Source: Octopus bimaculoides (lineage: Eukaryota). Taken from it: a DNA stretch of 64,000 bases. A program made the position numbers and the translations under genes. Position 1 is the stretch's first letter. Every line of letters begins with the position of its first letter. Positions 1 to 13,239 of this stretch are shown here, piece after piece. Location of the stretch: NCBI RefSeq assembly GCF_001194135.2, contig NC_068987.1, positions 105,302,157 through 105,366,156 on the forward strand. The letters run 5' to 3'. A model generated the notes under the pieces. The model ran no database searches and was not told the origin of the DNA. It saw only the letters and a program-made list of their open reading frames with translations.

Positions 1-290
1 TGCTATTTACGGGCCACTAGCACGGAAGCCAGGCAGCTGCTCTGGCAATGAACACGCTCGACAGTGCTGTTAGTGCTCCACTGGCGCAGTGACCAGTCAT
101 CGAGTATGGTTTAATTACGATTTCACTTGCCCCAACAGGTCTTCGCAAGCAGAGTTTAGTGTCCAATGAAGGAGAGGTTGGCATGGGTGCCATTCGTCGG
201 ATTCGGTTTGATTTCGATTACAGATTTCAATTTCAAATTCACTTGCCTCAACAGGTCTTCGCAAGCAGGGTTTTTAGTGTCCAATGAAGT
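1..290 (-). mobile_element. Family C retroposon, internal part
   Basis: Similar to 22140-22250; contains a ~50-bp internal direct repeat (ttcacttgccycaacaggtcttcgcaagcag...gtccaatgaag) at ~122 and ~237. Confidence 0.6.
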
Positions 291-969
291 AAAGATATGG
301 ATTAGTGAGCTGGCTACACTTATGAAGTATAAATTACTATATTTCTGGTTCCTCGTTCTACTTACACATTCTTACTCAGATGCTATTTTATACCTCAAAA
401 GCTTGTTGCAGACAGAAGGAGGTGAGCTGAAATGCTGCCAGGTCAGAGAGGCCTCAAAACTGATCAGTGTTCTGGATTTGAAAGTACATCCAAAGAGATT
501 CTGCTGGATTTTGGTCATATCTAAAACATCAAGGGTGTAATTGTTCATTTCTTGTTTTAATACTCTGTGAAATAATGGCATTGAATCCAATCCACCGTAC
601 AGCCATTAAATAGACTGGTGATATCAGTAGTGTTGTGGCAGACAAAACGCCTTGCAGTATTTCAGCTCTTTACATTTTGATTTCAGATGCCATCAAGGTC
701 AGCTGTGCCTTTCATCCCTTTGAGGTCAATAAAATATCAGTTGAGTACTGGGGTCAACGGTATCAGCTAACTCTTCCCTGCAGAATTACTGGTCTTGTGC
801 TTAAATTAGAAACCATTGTTGTAGTTGTTGTTATCATCGTCACCATCACTGCCACTGCTACCCTTGTTGTTGTTGTTGTTGTAATAAAAGTTTTAAAGAC
901 ATTTCTTATGGCTATTCACCATCCCAAGAGAATTTTATTTGTAGATCATATTATTTTCATTGCTTCTAG

Positions 970-1118
970 ATCCTCCTCTTGAGTTGCTGTTTGCTGAGGA
1001 ACTTGGGCTAATTTTAGAATTGAGAGACGATAACCAGCAAATGGTAATATCTCGATACAAAGAAGCTGGAGTGCCTTGTTCTATTATTGGTTACTGTTCT
1101 GAGGAAAATGTGCCTCAG
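970..1118 (+). CDS. PFAS: PFAS internal exon (first one visible; gene starts upstream of the window)
   Basis: ttctag|AT acceptor, CAG|gtaagt donor; encodes DPPLELLFAEELGLILEL...RYKEAG, matching the LFAEE(P/L)GLVLE region of eukaryotic FGAM synthase; 149 nt, phase 1 to 0. Confidence 0.93.
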
Positions 1119-1391
1119 GTAAGTTGCTGTTGTCTTACTCGATATCCTCAGGAAGTCGTTGTTGTCGTCATCATCATTGTTTTAAAGTCTACTTTTCCAA
1201 GGTTAATTGACACAGATTTTTTACGGCCACATGCCAACACCCACCTGTTTCTAAGCATGGTAATATTTCCTCCATGGTCAGACATGCTCGCACAGAATAT
1301 TGGAAATGAATGACTCTGCTTGTATGACAGTGACAATGATTTTCCAATTATCATGTAAAGACAAGAAAATACTGACATACATACTCACTCA

Positions 1392-1426
<35 letters not shown>

Positions 1427-2051
1427 ATATATATTTGGCTCATATACACACACACACACACACTAACATGAGAGTATTCAGATTTAGTGTGCAAGAAAGA
1501 AGACTGTACTGGTGTGGATGAGGAAAGCTGTATAAATAATGCTGATCACTTAATGTGGGTGGAACTGAGAGAAGGGTGAGACCCGAGAAGATATGGGACA
1601 AAGTGGTGAAAACTGATCTTAGAACCCTCGCAGAGAAGACGACAAGGGATCAGGATGACTACTGATATAGGGTTCTCATGGAGAGGGCTTGAGAAACTGA
1701 AATCTAGAAGCACAGCCTGTGTATGTGTGCATGCACACAAACTGCACCACCTCCCATCATTTCATCTGAGCTGAACTTCATATTTCACCAGCTTTTCCCT
1801 GATACCACTTATCCTTCCTATCAACTGGAACCATTTCACTTGTTATCCAGCCATCATCATTCTTTAACCTGACTATTTCAAAATATGATGGTTTTTACAT
1901 ACTGCAAATACATTCAGCTCATGCCAACTTGGGAAAATGCATATTGAAAGGATTATGATGACAATGACAGCAACAAGGATAACAACAACCAATTACATTG
2001 ATTGCCATTTGTATAATTATCATTATTCTATTTCGTTTTTAATTAACTCAG

Positions 2052-2259
2052 GTGACAGTTTCTGTATCAAACCAAGAATTATTGAACATGAAATTAGCTG
2101 ATCTGCGTGACATCTGGGAGGAGACAAGTTACCAGCTTGAAAAAAGACAGACTACTATTGCCTGTACTGAGGCTGAAAGAAAAAGTTTCAGATTGAGAAA
2201 GGAACCACCATACACCTTTAATTATGATCTTAGTCAACTGTACAATCCTCACTCATTTA
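2052..2259 (+). CDS. PFAS: PFAS internal exon
   Basis: ctcag|GTG acceptor, A|gtaagt donor; VTVSVSNQ...LRDIWEETSYQLEKRQ matches the WEETS(F/Y)QL motif; 208 nt, phase 0 to 1. Confidence 0.95.
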
Positions 2260-2661
2260 GTAAGTATGGATACTTGGTCATGTAAATGATGTTCCTTTTT
2301 ACTTGTTTCATTCAAAGGACTGTTGCCATATGATCTTCATAATTTTTTCAGAAAAAGAATTTATATTATGAATGAACTGTTTATGAAACATTAAAAATGT
2401 AAATGATCTTATTGGGTTGGGGCATAATTATTCCGGCTTTTTTTCAACAAATTTTATTCAACAAAAAACAATAGCAATATTTAACAAAAACATCTTTAAA
2501 TGATGGTCTGACCGTCTGCCAAGCAAATGAGAAGCAGTAATTGAAGTAGATGGTGAATATGCTCCAGAATAATCAATTAAAGCTGTTTTCGTTACATGTT
2601 GTTATTGTTTTTGTTGAATAAAATTTGTTGAAAAAAGCTGCAATAATTATGCACCAACCCA

Positions 2662-2878
2662 ATCATCATCATCATCATCGTCGTTTAACGTCCGCTTTCC
2701 ATGCTAGCATGGGCTGGACGATTTGACTGAGGACTGGTGAACCAGATGGCTACACCAGGCTCCAATCTGATTTGGCAGAGTTTCTACAGCTGGATGCCCT
2801 TTCTAACGCCAACCACTCCGAGAGTGTAGTGGGTGCTTTTACATGCCACTGGTACGAAGGTAAGTCAGGCAGTACTGA
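2662..2878 (-). mobile_element. Family C retroposon 3' end with (GAT)n tail
   Basis: catcatcatcgtcgtttaacgtccgctttccatgctagcatggg..., near-identical to 3474, 10046, 21801 and 22253. Confidence 0.85.
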
Positions 2879-3473
2879 CATATTATAATGAATTTGAGAC
2901 AAAAAAGTGTACAGTAGGCCCACAATTTGATTCATGTGGTATCTCTCGTTGCAAACATCAAACCAATGTAGGACACTTCACTCTGTTTTATATTTTTAGA
3001 ATAGCCTTTTGCTATTTAGCAGAAGTGTTTGGTGAATCTTCTTTTGAAGATAGAATAGTTCAGTTAAAATAAACGAAAGCCATTTATAACCAATTTGAGA
3101 TGGATAAATGTCTGGTCATCTGGCAAGCAATGAATTTGTCTTTTTGTTCTTCCAGCAATCTTGTTCTTTTGAATCTTAAAATAGTGCATATATTGGATTG
3201 ATAGATAAATTCATTTGTTTTTTTTCTAATTGGCATTCCATCGTCATATGTCTGAAAAGAGGTAAAATTCATTCAAATTTCAAAAAAATAAGCAAAAGTT
3301 ATAGAGGGAAAACAGATCTTCAAAAATCAAACCACACTATGATAAAAATCATTTTCATGTTAAGTCAAATAACATTGGAAAGGATTAAGGTAAATGAAAA
3401 AAAGAAAATGAATTTACCTGATAACCCCAAAATATTCAGTATCGTTTACAGTTTATAAATTTTCAGAGGGCCT

Positions 3474-3800
3474 TCATCATCATCATCATCATCGTTTAAC
3501 GTCCGCTTTCCATGCTAGCATGGGTTGGACGATTTGACTGAGGACTGGTGATCCAGATGGCTACACCAGGCTCCAATCTGATTTGGCAGAGTTTCTACAG
3601 CTGGATGCTCTTCCCTAACGCCAACCACTCCGAGAGTGTAGTGGGTGCTTTTACGTGTCACCAGCACGAAGGCCAGTCAGGCGGTACTGGCAACGGCCAC
3701 GCTTAAAATGGTGTATTTTATGTGCCATCCGCACAAGAGCCAGTCCAGGGGCACTGGCAACGATCTCACTCGAAAGTCCTTACACATGCTGCGGAAAAAT
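3474..3800 (-). mobile_element. Family C retroposon
   Basis: Same consensus as 2662, plus internal ~65-bp repeats (ggtgyttttaygtgccac...gcactggcaacg). Confidence 0.85.
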
Positions 3801-3907
3801 TAGTATTACATGTGTAATTATTAATATAAATCTAACCCTGATATTGTTTTAAGTAGATTTATTTTTCACTTGATTAACTTCCAAAGTATAATAATTTTCT
3901 TCACCAG

Positions 3908-4120
3908 TTTTACCACAGCATAGTCCCAGTATTGCAATCATTCGGGAAGAAGGAAGTAATGGAGATCGTGAAATGGCAGCAGCGTTCCATTATGTTGGTT
4001 TTCAAACTTGGGATGTCAACATGCAAGATTTGTGTTCTGGCAATATAACACTGGATCAATTCCGTGGCATAGCTTTTGCTGGAGGTTTCAGTTATGCAGA
4101 TGTGTGTGGCTCAGCCAAAG
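3908..4120 (+). CDS. PFAS: PFAS exon, start of glutaminase domain
   Basis: caccag| acceptor, G|gtaatg donor; IAIIREEGSNGDREMAAAF...GGFSYADVCGSAKG; 213 nt, phase 1 to 1. Confidence 0.97.
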
Positions 4121-6077
4121 GTAATGAAACCTAAAATTTTACAAAATTTGTTCTTCATGTATTTGAAGTTTGATTGTTCACTTGCTCAATACAAACTCGA
4201 AACATTTTATCTCCCTTTAAAAGATAGTATCAAATTTTAGATTATTCTAAAATAAAAAAATTATAAAAGTAATATAAAATCTTTGCTTTCATCATCATCA
4301 TCATTTTAATATCTATTTTTCCATGCTTGCATGGGTTGGATGAAATTTGTTGAGGCAGATTTTTCTACGTCACCAACACTCACCAGTTTCTAAGTAAGGT
4401 AATATTTCCCCTTGGCCAGACATGTTTTCATGGAAGTTTGGAAGAAGGACACAGTTTATATGGTGGTGATGTTCATTTAAGACAGTCATATGTTATTCAG
4501 ACAAAGAGACACTTAAACACACACATACACACATGCATGTACACACACATACACACATGCATGTACACACACATACAAATGTGCATGTACACTCACACAC
4601 ACACAGACATGCACACAATACTCTTCTTCAGTGTCCATCTGCCAAATCCACTCACAAGGCTTTGGTTAGTATGGAGCTATAATAAAAATACACTTGGTCA
4701 AGGTTTCAATATAAAATATTTATAGAGTAACCAATATAAAATATCTCAATAAAATTAGTTCTTTTCATAGAAAAAGATATAAAATATTTGCAGCATGCAG
4801 CACGGAATTTAGTCAGTGAACAGGTCACAGTCTCAAAGCGACGAAAATATATTGGCAAATTAAATCTAAATGTTGAAGTGAATCTAATGGTTTTTGTGTG
4901 TTTCTTAAATGGCTTATAAACACCTTCCACACTGCAATTGTTTATGTTTCAGCACACGATCTCAGGTCAGGTCTCTTGCTATGCAAGTACCTCTCTGTTA
5001 TACAAAGTATTTTTTATTTGAAAAAAGAAAAGATAAAATGTATTAAAATTAAAATTTAGAAGCTAAAGTTAATTTGTTTTCTTACAGTTGTGTAAAGGAA
5101 TTGGTTCTGATGTATATCGTTGTAGATTTTAAACAAACATTTGCAAACTTTCTCCGATTAACTAGAATAGCTAATTGTTTCTAATATAGACATAAGTACT
5201 GGTGTCAACATAACTGATCTCAGTACTTGACTGATACTTGTTTTATTGACCCTGAGAAGAGGAGTGGCAAAGTTGACATTAACAATATTTGAACATAAAA
5301 TGTCAAGAGAACAAATACCACAATGCATTTTGTCTGAGATGCTAACAATTCTGCCAATCTGCTCATTTCACTAAATTACGTAATGATACAAAACATGACA
5401 TAATTGCTTAATTATATTCAAGTAAAGAGAAAGCTCACTCTTGACCTAATTTCTATTTTGTACAACATCATCATTCAATATTTTAATGTCTATGTCTCCA
5501 TACTAGCATGGGTTTGACAGGTCTGCAATTTAGTGTATCACTAATTGCCTTTACCTTTTGTCATGTCTTCATATCTTAAGATCTGGATGTACAACTTTTT
5601 CCCATGTCTTTCCTTGTGAGTATTCTGGCAACACCTAGCACTTTGTCACTTTACGCTCATTGCTCATTAATATCACCTGATTATGCAAATAAATATTTGC
5701 ATAATCAAATCCAGCTCTCCTGTTATATTGTCCAAATACTTTAAGAATAAATAAGATATGAATAAAATGAGGTGTAGGCAAATAAAGAATGATGTAGATA
5801 CAAATCCATATATATGGTAGTGAAGTCTACAGTTTCAGTAAGGTGTACTGAAAAAATATGGTGTACCAATTTTTAATAATGAGGAAGTTTTCACTTTTGT
5901 TGATATATTATGAAGGACCAGTAATGAAAGTTTGTTCCTGATTAAATAATTGATTGTATTAACTAATTGATTTTTATCTATTTCCTATTATATATACATG
6001 AATGATTTTGTAGTATAGATGTAGGTTTTCTGGTGTAAAAGCTAAAAGAAAATATATTTCCGTTTGTTCTTTTTCAG

Positions 6078-6236
6078 GCTGGGCAGCAACTGCCATGTTC
6101 AATAAAAATGTGAAAGAAGAATTCAAGAAATTCTTTGATCGAGATGATACTTTTAGTTTTGGAGTGTGTAATGGTTGTCAACTCATGTCTCTTCTAGGCT
6201 GGGTTGCTCCTTACCAAGACGACTCTATCACTACAG
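6078..6236 (+). CDS. PFAS: PFAS exon with catalytic Cys
   Basis: tttcag|GC acceptor, G|gtgag donor; WAATAMF...DTFSFGVCNGCQLMSLLGWV; 159 nt. Confidence 0.97.
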
Positions 6237-6600
6237 GTGAGCAGTTTGTTTTTATTTTTGAAACCCACAAAATTCAATAAGTTTGTATGCCATGAAGAAA
6301 AGTGAATCTTCACATTTTAGACAAATGGGTTTTTTCAAATTTTCTCTCAGAAAAAGAAAATGTTTCCATTTCTGTTTAGTTTGTTTCTTCTCTTTTCCTA
6401 TTCTATCTCTACAACACAACAGCCTTTGCTGCTCTAAACTAGCAACTTTCACCTATTTTTGATTATTTCAAATGTATTAAAATATTTCATTGTTTCAAAT
6501 AACAAAAATCATTATAAATGTTCATTCCAGTGAGCTATAATTAATTATATGCTTAAAACATAGACTTGATAAAGATTACAACTTGGAAGATATACTTTAA

Positions 6601-6822
6601 CCCTTTAGTTTTTAAACTGGCCATGTCTAACCCAAATATTCTACTTGGTTTTTGTTCAAATTGGCCAGTTCTGGCATTCCACACTTATACTACAATTTTG
6701 TTCTAAAAATGAACAAATCACATCATTAAAATCTTGAAGCTGTGAGATAATGCATGACTAATAATAAAAAAATGTGAATAAATAAACATTGCATTTGACC
6801 GAATAATTTGAATGTTAAAAGG
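6601..6822. mobile_element. piggyBac-like MITE (222 bp)
   Basis: TTAA on both sides (6597-6600, 6823-6826) with short inverted ends ccctttag / ttaaaagg. Confidence 0.55.
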
Positions 6823-8043
6823 TTAAATTTCAAGTAGCTTCATAAAAAATATTTCAGGTAGTTTCAGATATTTATAAACCCATGACTTAATTTGTTCAAT
6901 GCCATGATGTCAAGAAGAAATGACTTATAGCTAAATAAAAAATTTGACTTAGTTTACTGTGTCTGCTAATTTACGTATTAGTGTTATTTTGACAACTGTT
7001 ATGAGAATGAACAAATTTGTTAAACCAAGGTGTATTTATATATTGAAAACATAGTTTTACCATGAAATGGCAGTTATGGATTATATTCAAGTTTTTGACA
7101 TCAAATTTTCTGTAGATTTTTAACTTTCTAAAACTATTAGAATTTGTTGAACTTCGATCATCATAAAGCCAAGATCCAGAAATTTATATGAGTTTATTCC
7201 AGAGCAAAGCTATATAAGAGAATTATGTCTATCTGTTTGTCATGAATTGTTAATAAATTCTTTTTCTTTAGCTATTATGTAAGTAGCTCTGAAAATATTT
7301 TTTAAAATTCTTTTTTTTCTGAAAAAGAAGTCTTTCATGGAACTTTTATGTATGTGGAGTGTACAAAAGCTCATGACATAGAATGTTTTTGCGTGGTATT
7401 GAAAATGACTAGATTGCCAAGCCTACAATGTAGGACATTTTGAGGTCTTTGCTCATGGAGACAATGCATACTTAATGTAATTTGTCTAGATTACATGTGG
7501 ATGGTGCTCTGTGATTGGATCAAAGAGAGCCATCAGCACACACTACAATTCTAATCCAACTTATAGTATAGAGCTATATTTGATTACTTGTATTTGTTGA
7601 AAAAGTTTGAGCAATTTACTTTTACAGTTATATACATCTAACTCATGCTAGCATGGAAAATACTGGAAGTAAAAGAAAAGAATTGGATGCTTTTGTGCCA
7701 TGTAAAAGTCATGAGCTTTTTATCTCCTCCTCTGATGGAGAAGCTAAAGTGTTCATGACTTTTAATATTTAAAACTAAATTTGGACGTGTTCCATCAATT
7801 TATTTGTCCTTCATGTTTTGGTGCTTCTATAGTTAAAAAGGGGTGATTGAAAAAGCAGGCAAGATGATCAGTAGAGTTAGTTTTGAATTTTTGGAATGGC
7901 ATATGTCTAATGCAGATTAAAAATTTAACTATCCTGTTTTAGGAATTCTGTTGATCATTTCTGTAATCCAATTAATATTTCCTCTAATCCTGAATGATTT
8001 TTTTTTCTTAAACAAAAAATTAATAATGTAGTTCTCCCATTAG

Positions 8044-8199
8044 ATCATAGTGTAACATCTGGAGGGCTGTTTTTGGATGCAAACGATTCTGAGAGATTTG
8101 AATCACGTTTTGTGACTGCAAAGGTGTCAGAAAGCCCTGCAATTATGTTTGAAGGAATGGCTGGAACAGTTTTTGGAATATGGGTTTCACATGGTGAAG
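8044..8199 (+). CDS. PFAS: PFAS exon
   Basis: cattag|AT acceptor, G|gtaagt donor; NDSERFESRFVT...GIWVSHGEG; 156 nt. Confidence 0.96.
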
Positions 8200-8438
8200 G
8201 TAAGTAATTTTGTTTTCTTATAAAGTTCTGGAGATGTGTGCAATAGTTGTAATCTTTCCTAATCTTTTTTCTTGGGTTAGGAATTACAGGATTTGTAACT
8301 TCTCATCTGAGTGTTATGCAAGCATATTCTAAATTCTTATGATGTAAATAAAATTAATGAATTTTTTAACATTATTCATCTAATCTTTTATTTGTAAGCA
8401 CTAGTGATTACAATATTAATTATTATTTCATATTTTAG

Positions 8439-8749
8439 GTAAGATGCAATTTAAATCAGACTCTCTATACAGAAATCTGAAAGACAAACATTTAATCCCT
8501 CTTCACTATGTTAATGATGATGGGATACCAACATCAGAATATCCATTCAATCCCAATGGCTCACCAGATGGAGTTGCTGCTGTCTGCTCAGAAAATGGCC
8601 GCCATGTAGCTATTATGCCTCACCCAGAACGGTGCTTTCTGGCATGGCAATGTCCTTGGTTGCCACTAAATATGTGTGATGATCTCCAAGTTACACCATG
8701 GTTGAAATTATTTGCCAATGCTTATAACTGGTGTAAGACAATTCAATAA
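8439..8749 (+). CDS. PFAS: PFAS terminal coding exon
   Basis: ttttag|GT acceptor; YPFNPNGSPDG...GRHVAIMPHPER (catalytic His/Glu)...PWLKLFANAYNW then TAA. Confidence 0.97.
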
Positions 8750-8868
8750 AAAAAAATTTTTAAATACCATTTTATAAAATTTTTCCTATCTATAAATTTC
8801 AGCTCTGAAATTTGGTTAAAAAATTTTCAACTCTAATTTTTATAATAATTCTTTTGATATGAAATAAA
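8745..8868 (+). terminator. Candidate PFAS polyadenylation signals
   Basis: AATAAA at 8745-8750 (overlaps the stop) and at 8863-8868, followed by T-rich sequence. Confidence 0.5.
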
Positions 8869-8915
8869 GCAATAATACTTTACTTTGATATATTAATCAG
8901 TCTTATTGATTTCCT

Positions 8916-9304
8916 GTGGAGGCGCAATGGCCCAGTGGTTAGGGCAGCGGACTCGTGGTCATAGGATCGCAGTTTCGATTCCCAGCCCGGGCGTTGTGAG
9001 TGTTTATTGAGCGAAAACACTTAAAGCTCCACGAGGCTCCGGCAGGGAATGGTGGCGAACCCTGCTGTACTCTTCCACCACAACTTTCTCTCACTCTTAC
9101 TTCCTGTTTCTGTTGTGCCTGTAATTCAAAGGGTCAGCCTTGTCACACTGTGTCACGCTGAATATCCCCGAGAACTACGTTAAGGGTACACGTGTCTGTG
9201 GAGTGCTCAGCCACTTGCACGTTAATTTCACGAGCAGGCTGTTCCGTTGATCGGATCAACTGGAACCCTCGACGTCATAAGCGACGGAGTGCCAACCACA
9301 ACAG
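8916..9304 (+). mobile_element. tRNA-derived SINE, family A
   Basis: A box TGGCCCAGTGG, B box GTTTCGATTCC, (CAA)n-like tail; near-TSD TTGATTTCCT/TTGATTTTCT; homologous to 11356 and 20997. Confidence 0.9.
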
Positions 9305-9399
9305 TTGATTTTCTACTTTTTTTCTTACGACATTACTTATGGAATGCTGGTATATTTACTACTCCAAACATGGCTGCTCTGTTTGTCATTGTTATTAAC

Positions 9400-10233
9400 T
9401 AGTTTCACTCACTGTAACGGAACTTGGTTTGGACATAGCAATTTGTTTTTTCAAAAGAGTTTGCTATTAGTTTACTGTTTTATTCATAAGTTGCCGTATA
9501 AACAAACTGTGCATGAAACAAGCATTTCATCAGCGGACAGTGACTCTGATAATGACAACATGTTAACAACATCCACAGAGATCATATCAGATTATTTTTC
9601 ATACTGTCGTGAAGTCTGTCAGTGATCAGTGGAGACAAAACTGCACATGGACCAACCCACTGGAGGCCCTGGACTTACAGTTGAAATCAAAATTCGGCAA
9701 AACAAAGTACAATTGCGGGGGATTTGTGGAAGGACAGTGGGTATTTGAAGGAGTGTGCCATAAAACCCAGCAAACTTCTCTTGTTGCATTGCCAAATAAC
9801 AAGCGGGATAGGGCCACACTGGAACCAATTATTCTCCAACACATCAAACTTGGCACAACAATAAGTGACTGCTGGAAAGCATATGACAGTCTTGGAGCTT
9901 CTAGCTTCCAGCATCTCACTGTCAACCACAGCTACAACTTTGTGGATCCTCTCACCGGAGCTCACACGAACAACATCGAGAATCTATAGAGCAGATCAAA
10001 TGCCAAATGAGTGAGACACACACGCGGCATGCAAACCTCACCAGCCATCATCGTCGTTTAACGTCCGCTTTCCATGCTAGCATGGGTTGGACGATTTGAC
10101 TGAGGACTGGTGAAACCAGATGGCTACACCAGGCTCCAATCTGATTTGGCAGAGAGGCATGCGCACAAGGGGATAGATCTGTTCGAAGCCTTCATGCAGA
10201 ATACTGGTGAACTTTACAAGCCACAGAAATGAT
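9400..10233 (+). mobile_element. Merlin/ISXO2 (IS1595-like) DDE transposase remnant
   Basis: GTWFGHSNL...DYFSYCREVC, GGPGLTVE, SKFGKTKYN...GQWVF, TTISDCWKAY, HLTVNHSYNFVDPLTGAHTNNIE; stops, frameshift and an internal family C insert. Confidence 0.85.
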
Positions 10234-10487
10234 AAGAATATTAATTTTATGCTTGTGCAATGCTATTTCACCCTAAAACCTTAACCATAAACCTAAACTC
10301 TACTCTAATTACATATTGCAATTTGCCTAACCTTAAGGCTTAAATTACCTAACTCTATGAAATTTGCCTAACCTTGGGACATGAATATACATAATACAGA
10401 AATGAAGTTTTTTTTAATAGAAATTCTTAATTTTTATGACTTTCTCATTATTATTATAAGACATGGTAGGAAATTAATTTTCCACCA

Positions 10488-10879
10488 TTACTCTTTTACT
10501 TGTTTCAGTCATTTGACTGCGGCCACACTGGAGCACCACCTTCAGTCGAGCAAATTGACCCCAGGACTTATTCTTTGGAACCCTAGTACTTATTCTATCG
10601 GTCTCTTTTGCCGAACCGCTAAGTTACGGGGACGTAAACACACTACCATCGGTTGTCAAGCGATGTTGGGGGGACAAACACAGACACACAAACATATACA
10701 CACACACACATATATATATACATATATACGACGGGCTTCTTTCAGTTTCCGTCTACCAAATCCACTCACAAGGCTTTGGTCGGCCCGAGGCACTTGTCTA
10801 AGGTGCCACGCAGTGGGAATGAACTCGGAACCATGTGGCTGGTAAGCAAGCTACTTACCACACAGCCACTCCCCCGCCT
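10488..10879 (-). mobile_element. SINE family B (CORE-like caccttgggcaagtgtctt region, internal CA/TA tract)
   Basis: Reverse complement of the consensus seen at 16004 and 52897. Confidence 0.88.
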
Positions 10880-11355
10880 AATATTTCTAATATTTTTTCC
10901 AAAATATTTATGCGGGGAGGGTACAAAAGGAAGCTTTTCTCCTGATCCACACAATGAATGCTGCAGATACCTGAGTATTAATGAAAATAGATCTTACAAA
11001 AGTACTGTTAACAAAGAGTACCCAAGGAATATTATACCAAATTAAAAATGACATGGTGGTCGGTGTTTTCTCTTACAGCAATTCAATATCTGCTTTTGCA
11101 ATGCGAGTACTGATGTCAACATCTATGTTACCTTACTGGTGTATGGGGGGAAATCCCGCTCCATAGATACGCAAAATTTTGATAACAGCTGCAAAGTTTT
11201 GCAGAAACCGTGATATTTGCAAACTCTATCTCAGAAGAAAAGAGGAAGGAAACATGTTTAAGATCGTAGACATAAAGTATGGGGTTTCATACAGAAAGTC
11301 GAAAGGTGTAAACAAACCACGAAATATATGTATTATACGGCATACAGACAATGAA

Positions 11356-11729
11356 AGTGAAGGCGCAATGGCCCAGTAGTTAGGGCAGCGGACTCGCGGT
11401 CATAGGATCGCGGTTTCGATTCCCAGACCGGGCGTTGTGAGTGTTTATTGAGCGAAAACACCTAAAGCTCCACGAGGCTCCAGCAGAGGATGGTGGCGAA
11501 CCCTGCTGTACTCTTTCACCACAAGTTTTTCTCACTCTTACTTCCTGTTTCTGTTGTACCTGTAATTCAAATGGTCAGCCTTGTCACACTATGTCACGCT
11601 GAATATCCCCGAGAACTACATTAAGGGTACACGTGTCTGTGGAGTGCTCAGCCACTTGCAAGTTAATTTCACGAGCAGGCTGTTCCGTTGATCGGATCAA
11701 CTGGAACTCTCGACGTCGTGCCAACAACA
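11356..11729 (+). mobile_element. tRNA-derived SINE, family A
   Basis: Perfect 12-bp TSD ACAGACAATGAA (11344-11355, 11730-11741); head has an Arg-like CTCGCG anticodon-loop region. Confidence 0.92.
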
Positions 11730-13030
11730 ACAGACAATGAATGATGAGGCAGTCCTGATACAGGAGGACCAGCCAAAGTATCTCACAGAACCCAGATTAT
11801 TCTGTACACTAATGGCCACTCATCAATTGTCATACCGAAATCGGAAGACGGGCAGAATTGCGAGTGAATCATACAAAATACCTTTGAGTACCCTTTAGTC
11901 GGTACTCTTTACATTCTGATTTTGAATTCCATGGAAACCAGCTTTGCATTTCATCCTTGCCAGTGATATACTGAGTCAATATATTGGATATCGTCACTAA
12001 ATTTGAAGCCTTGGGTTTCAGTAAGAAATGAATTACATACACTTCTTTCTAAATTGGCAATAAGTTAATATATTCGTACAGAACATTTTACCAGCGTTTG
12101 AATCTTGGTTGTTGAGGTCTGTGTCAATAGACAGTAAACTAAACATGGAACATTCAGTTTTAAAAGATATATTCTCGAGAAATATGTTTCAATTTGAAGA
12201 TGAGGTCGGAAACATTCTGTCATCATATTTCTCTCCCCTCTCGCCACATGTTCCTCCTCCTATTTTCTTTTTCTGGGGGATCGTCAAGAGTTAGTCCCCC
12301 TGGTTAAGTATTGCACTTTCCGTGCAATTTCTGTTCATCTACACACTGTCTTATGTGTGATGTTATAATGTATCACTCGCACCTAAATAAGCCTTATCTA
12401 CCTTCCTACAACAATGTAACAAACATGGTTATTGACTGGAAATAAATAAATCTCATTTTGAATCAGAAATTAAACGTACGCCACGAGCTTTTCACCAAAC
12501 TTTTGGTTTTCAACCTGAGATTGTACTTAGTTACTTAGTTGAATAATTATGCTTCCCGTCATACTTTATAGAGGTTCATATAAATGTCTAACAAAGATAT
12601 TTTTTTTACATAAAATAAACTCAAAGAGCTGGAGGTTGTGGCGAATTTGTTATTATTTGATTGTAAAGAGTAAATCTGGCATATATCACTTTCAGACAGC
12701 TTTAAAACATAAGTATTAAATATATTGAAATTATCGTTCCGTATTTTTTACTTTAATGAAATAAAACCACATGAAGATCTTTTTCTTTTCTTGTGGTTAT
12801 CCAGTTTATGAACATCTCAAACATTTCTGTTCGAAATATATAAAATAACAAAATTTTGCTTCCAGTATGGTAAGTTCAAAAGTTGACTAGAAAGAATATC
12901 ATGCTGAACTTTCAAAATTTACACATCGGAAGTGAACATTATATTCCTTTGATTACTACTGTACTTTAAGACTCATCGCACTCTTCTATTCGTCGATACC
13001 TTCACAAATGAGTGGCTATCTTCTATTATA

Positions 13031-13239
13031 CGAGGTGGTGCTGAAAAGTTCTTAACATTAAGGGTGTCGCGACAGGCCTGATTGGAGGTCCAACCTTCCG
13101 AGTTTTTTTACAAGACTTAAAAAAACTGAAGGACTGCTGCAGTAAGTGAGTACATCTGAGAGGAGAATATGTTGAATAAAATCATAATTAATTGATCTTC
13201 CTGTATTCTCTTTTACCTAAAGCCAAGAACTCTTCACCA
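13031..13239 (+). mobile_element. Mariner-derived MITE
   Basis: TA|cgaggtggtgctgaaaagttctt left TIR, partial right TIR aagaactcttca; interior reads KKLKDCCSK*VHLRGEYVE*, like a mariner C-terminus. Confidence 0.6.

Noticed and set aside
166-540. 124-aa ORF as an extra PFAS exon
   Set aside because: It overlaps a family C repeat and lacks the HDxSDGG/LLEMAFAG motifs expected before the 970 exon.
8916-8990. tRNA genes at SINE heads (also 11356, 21382, 30189)
   Set aside because: A/B boxes are present but the acceptor stems do not close, and each continues into a shared ~300-bp body, most with TSDs.
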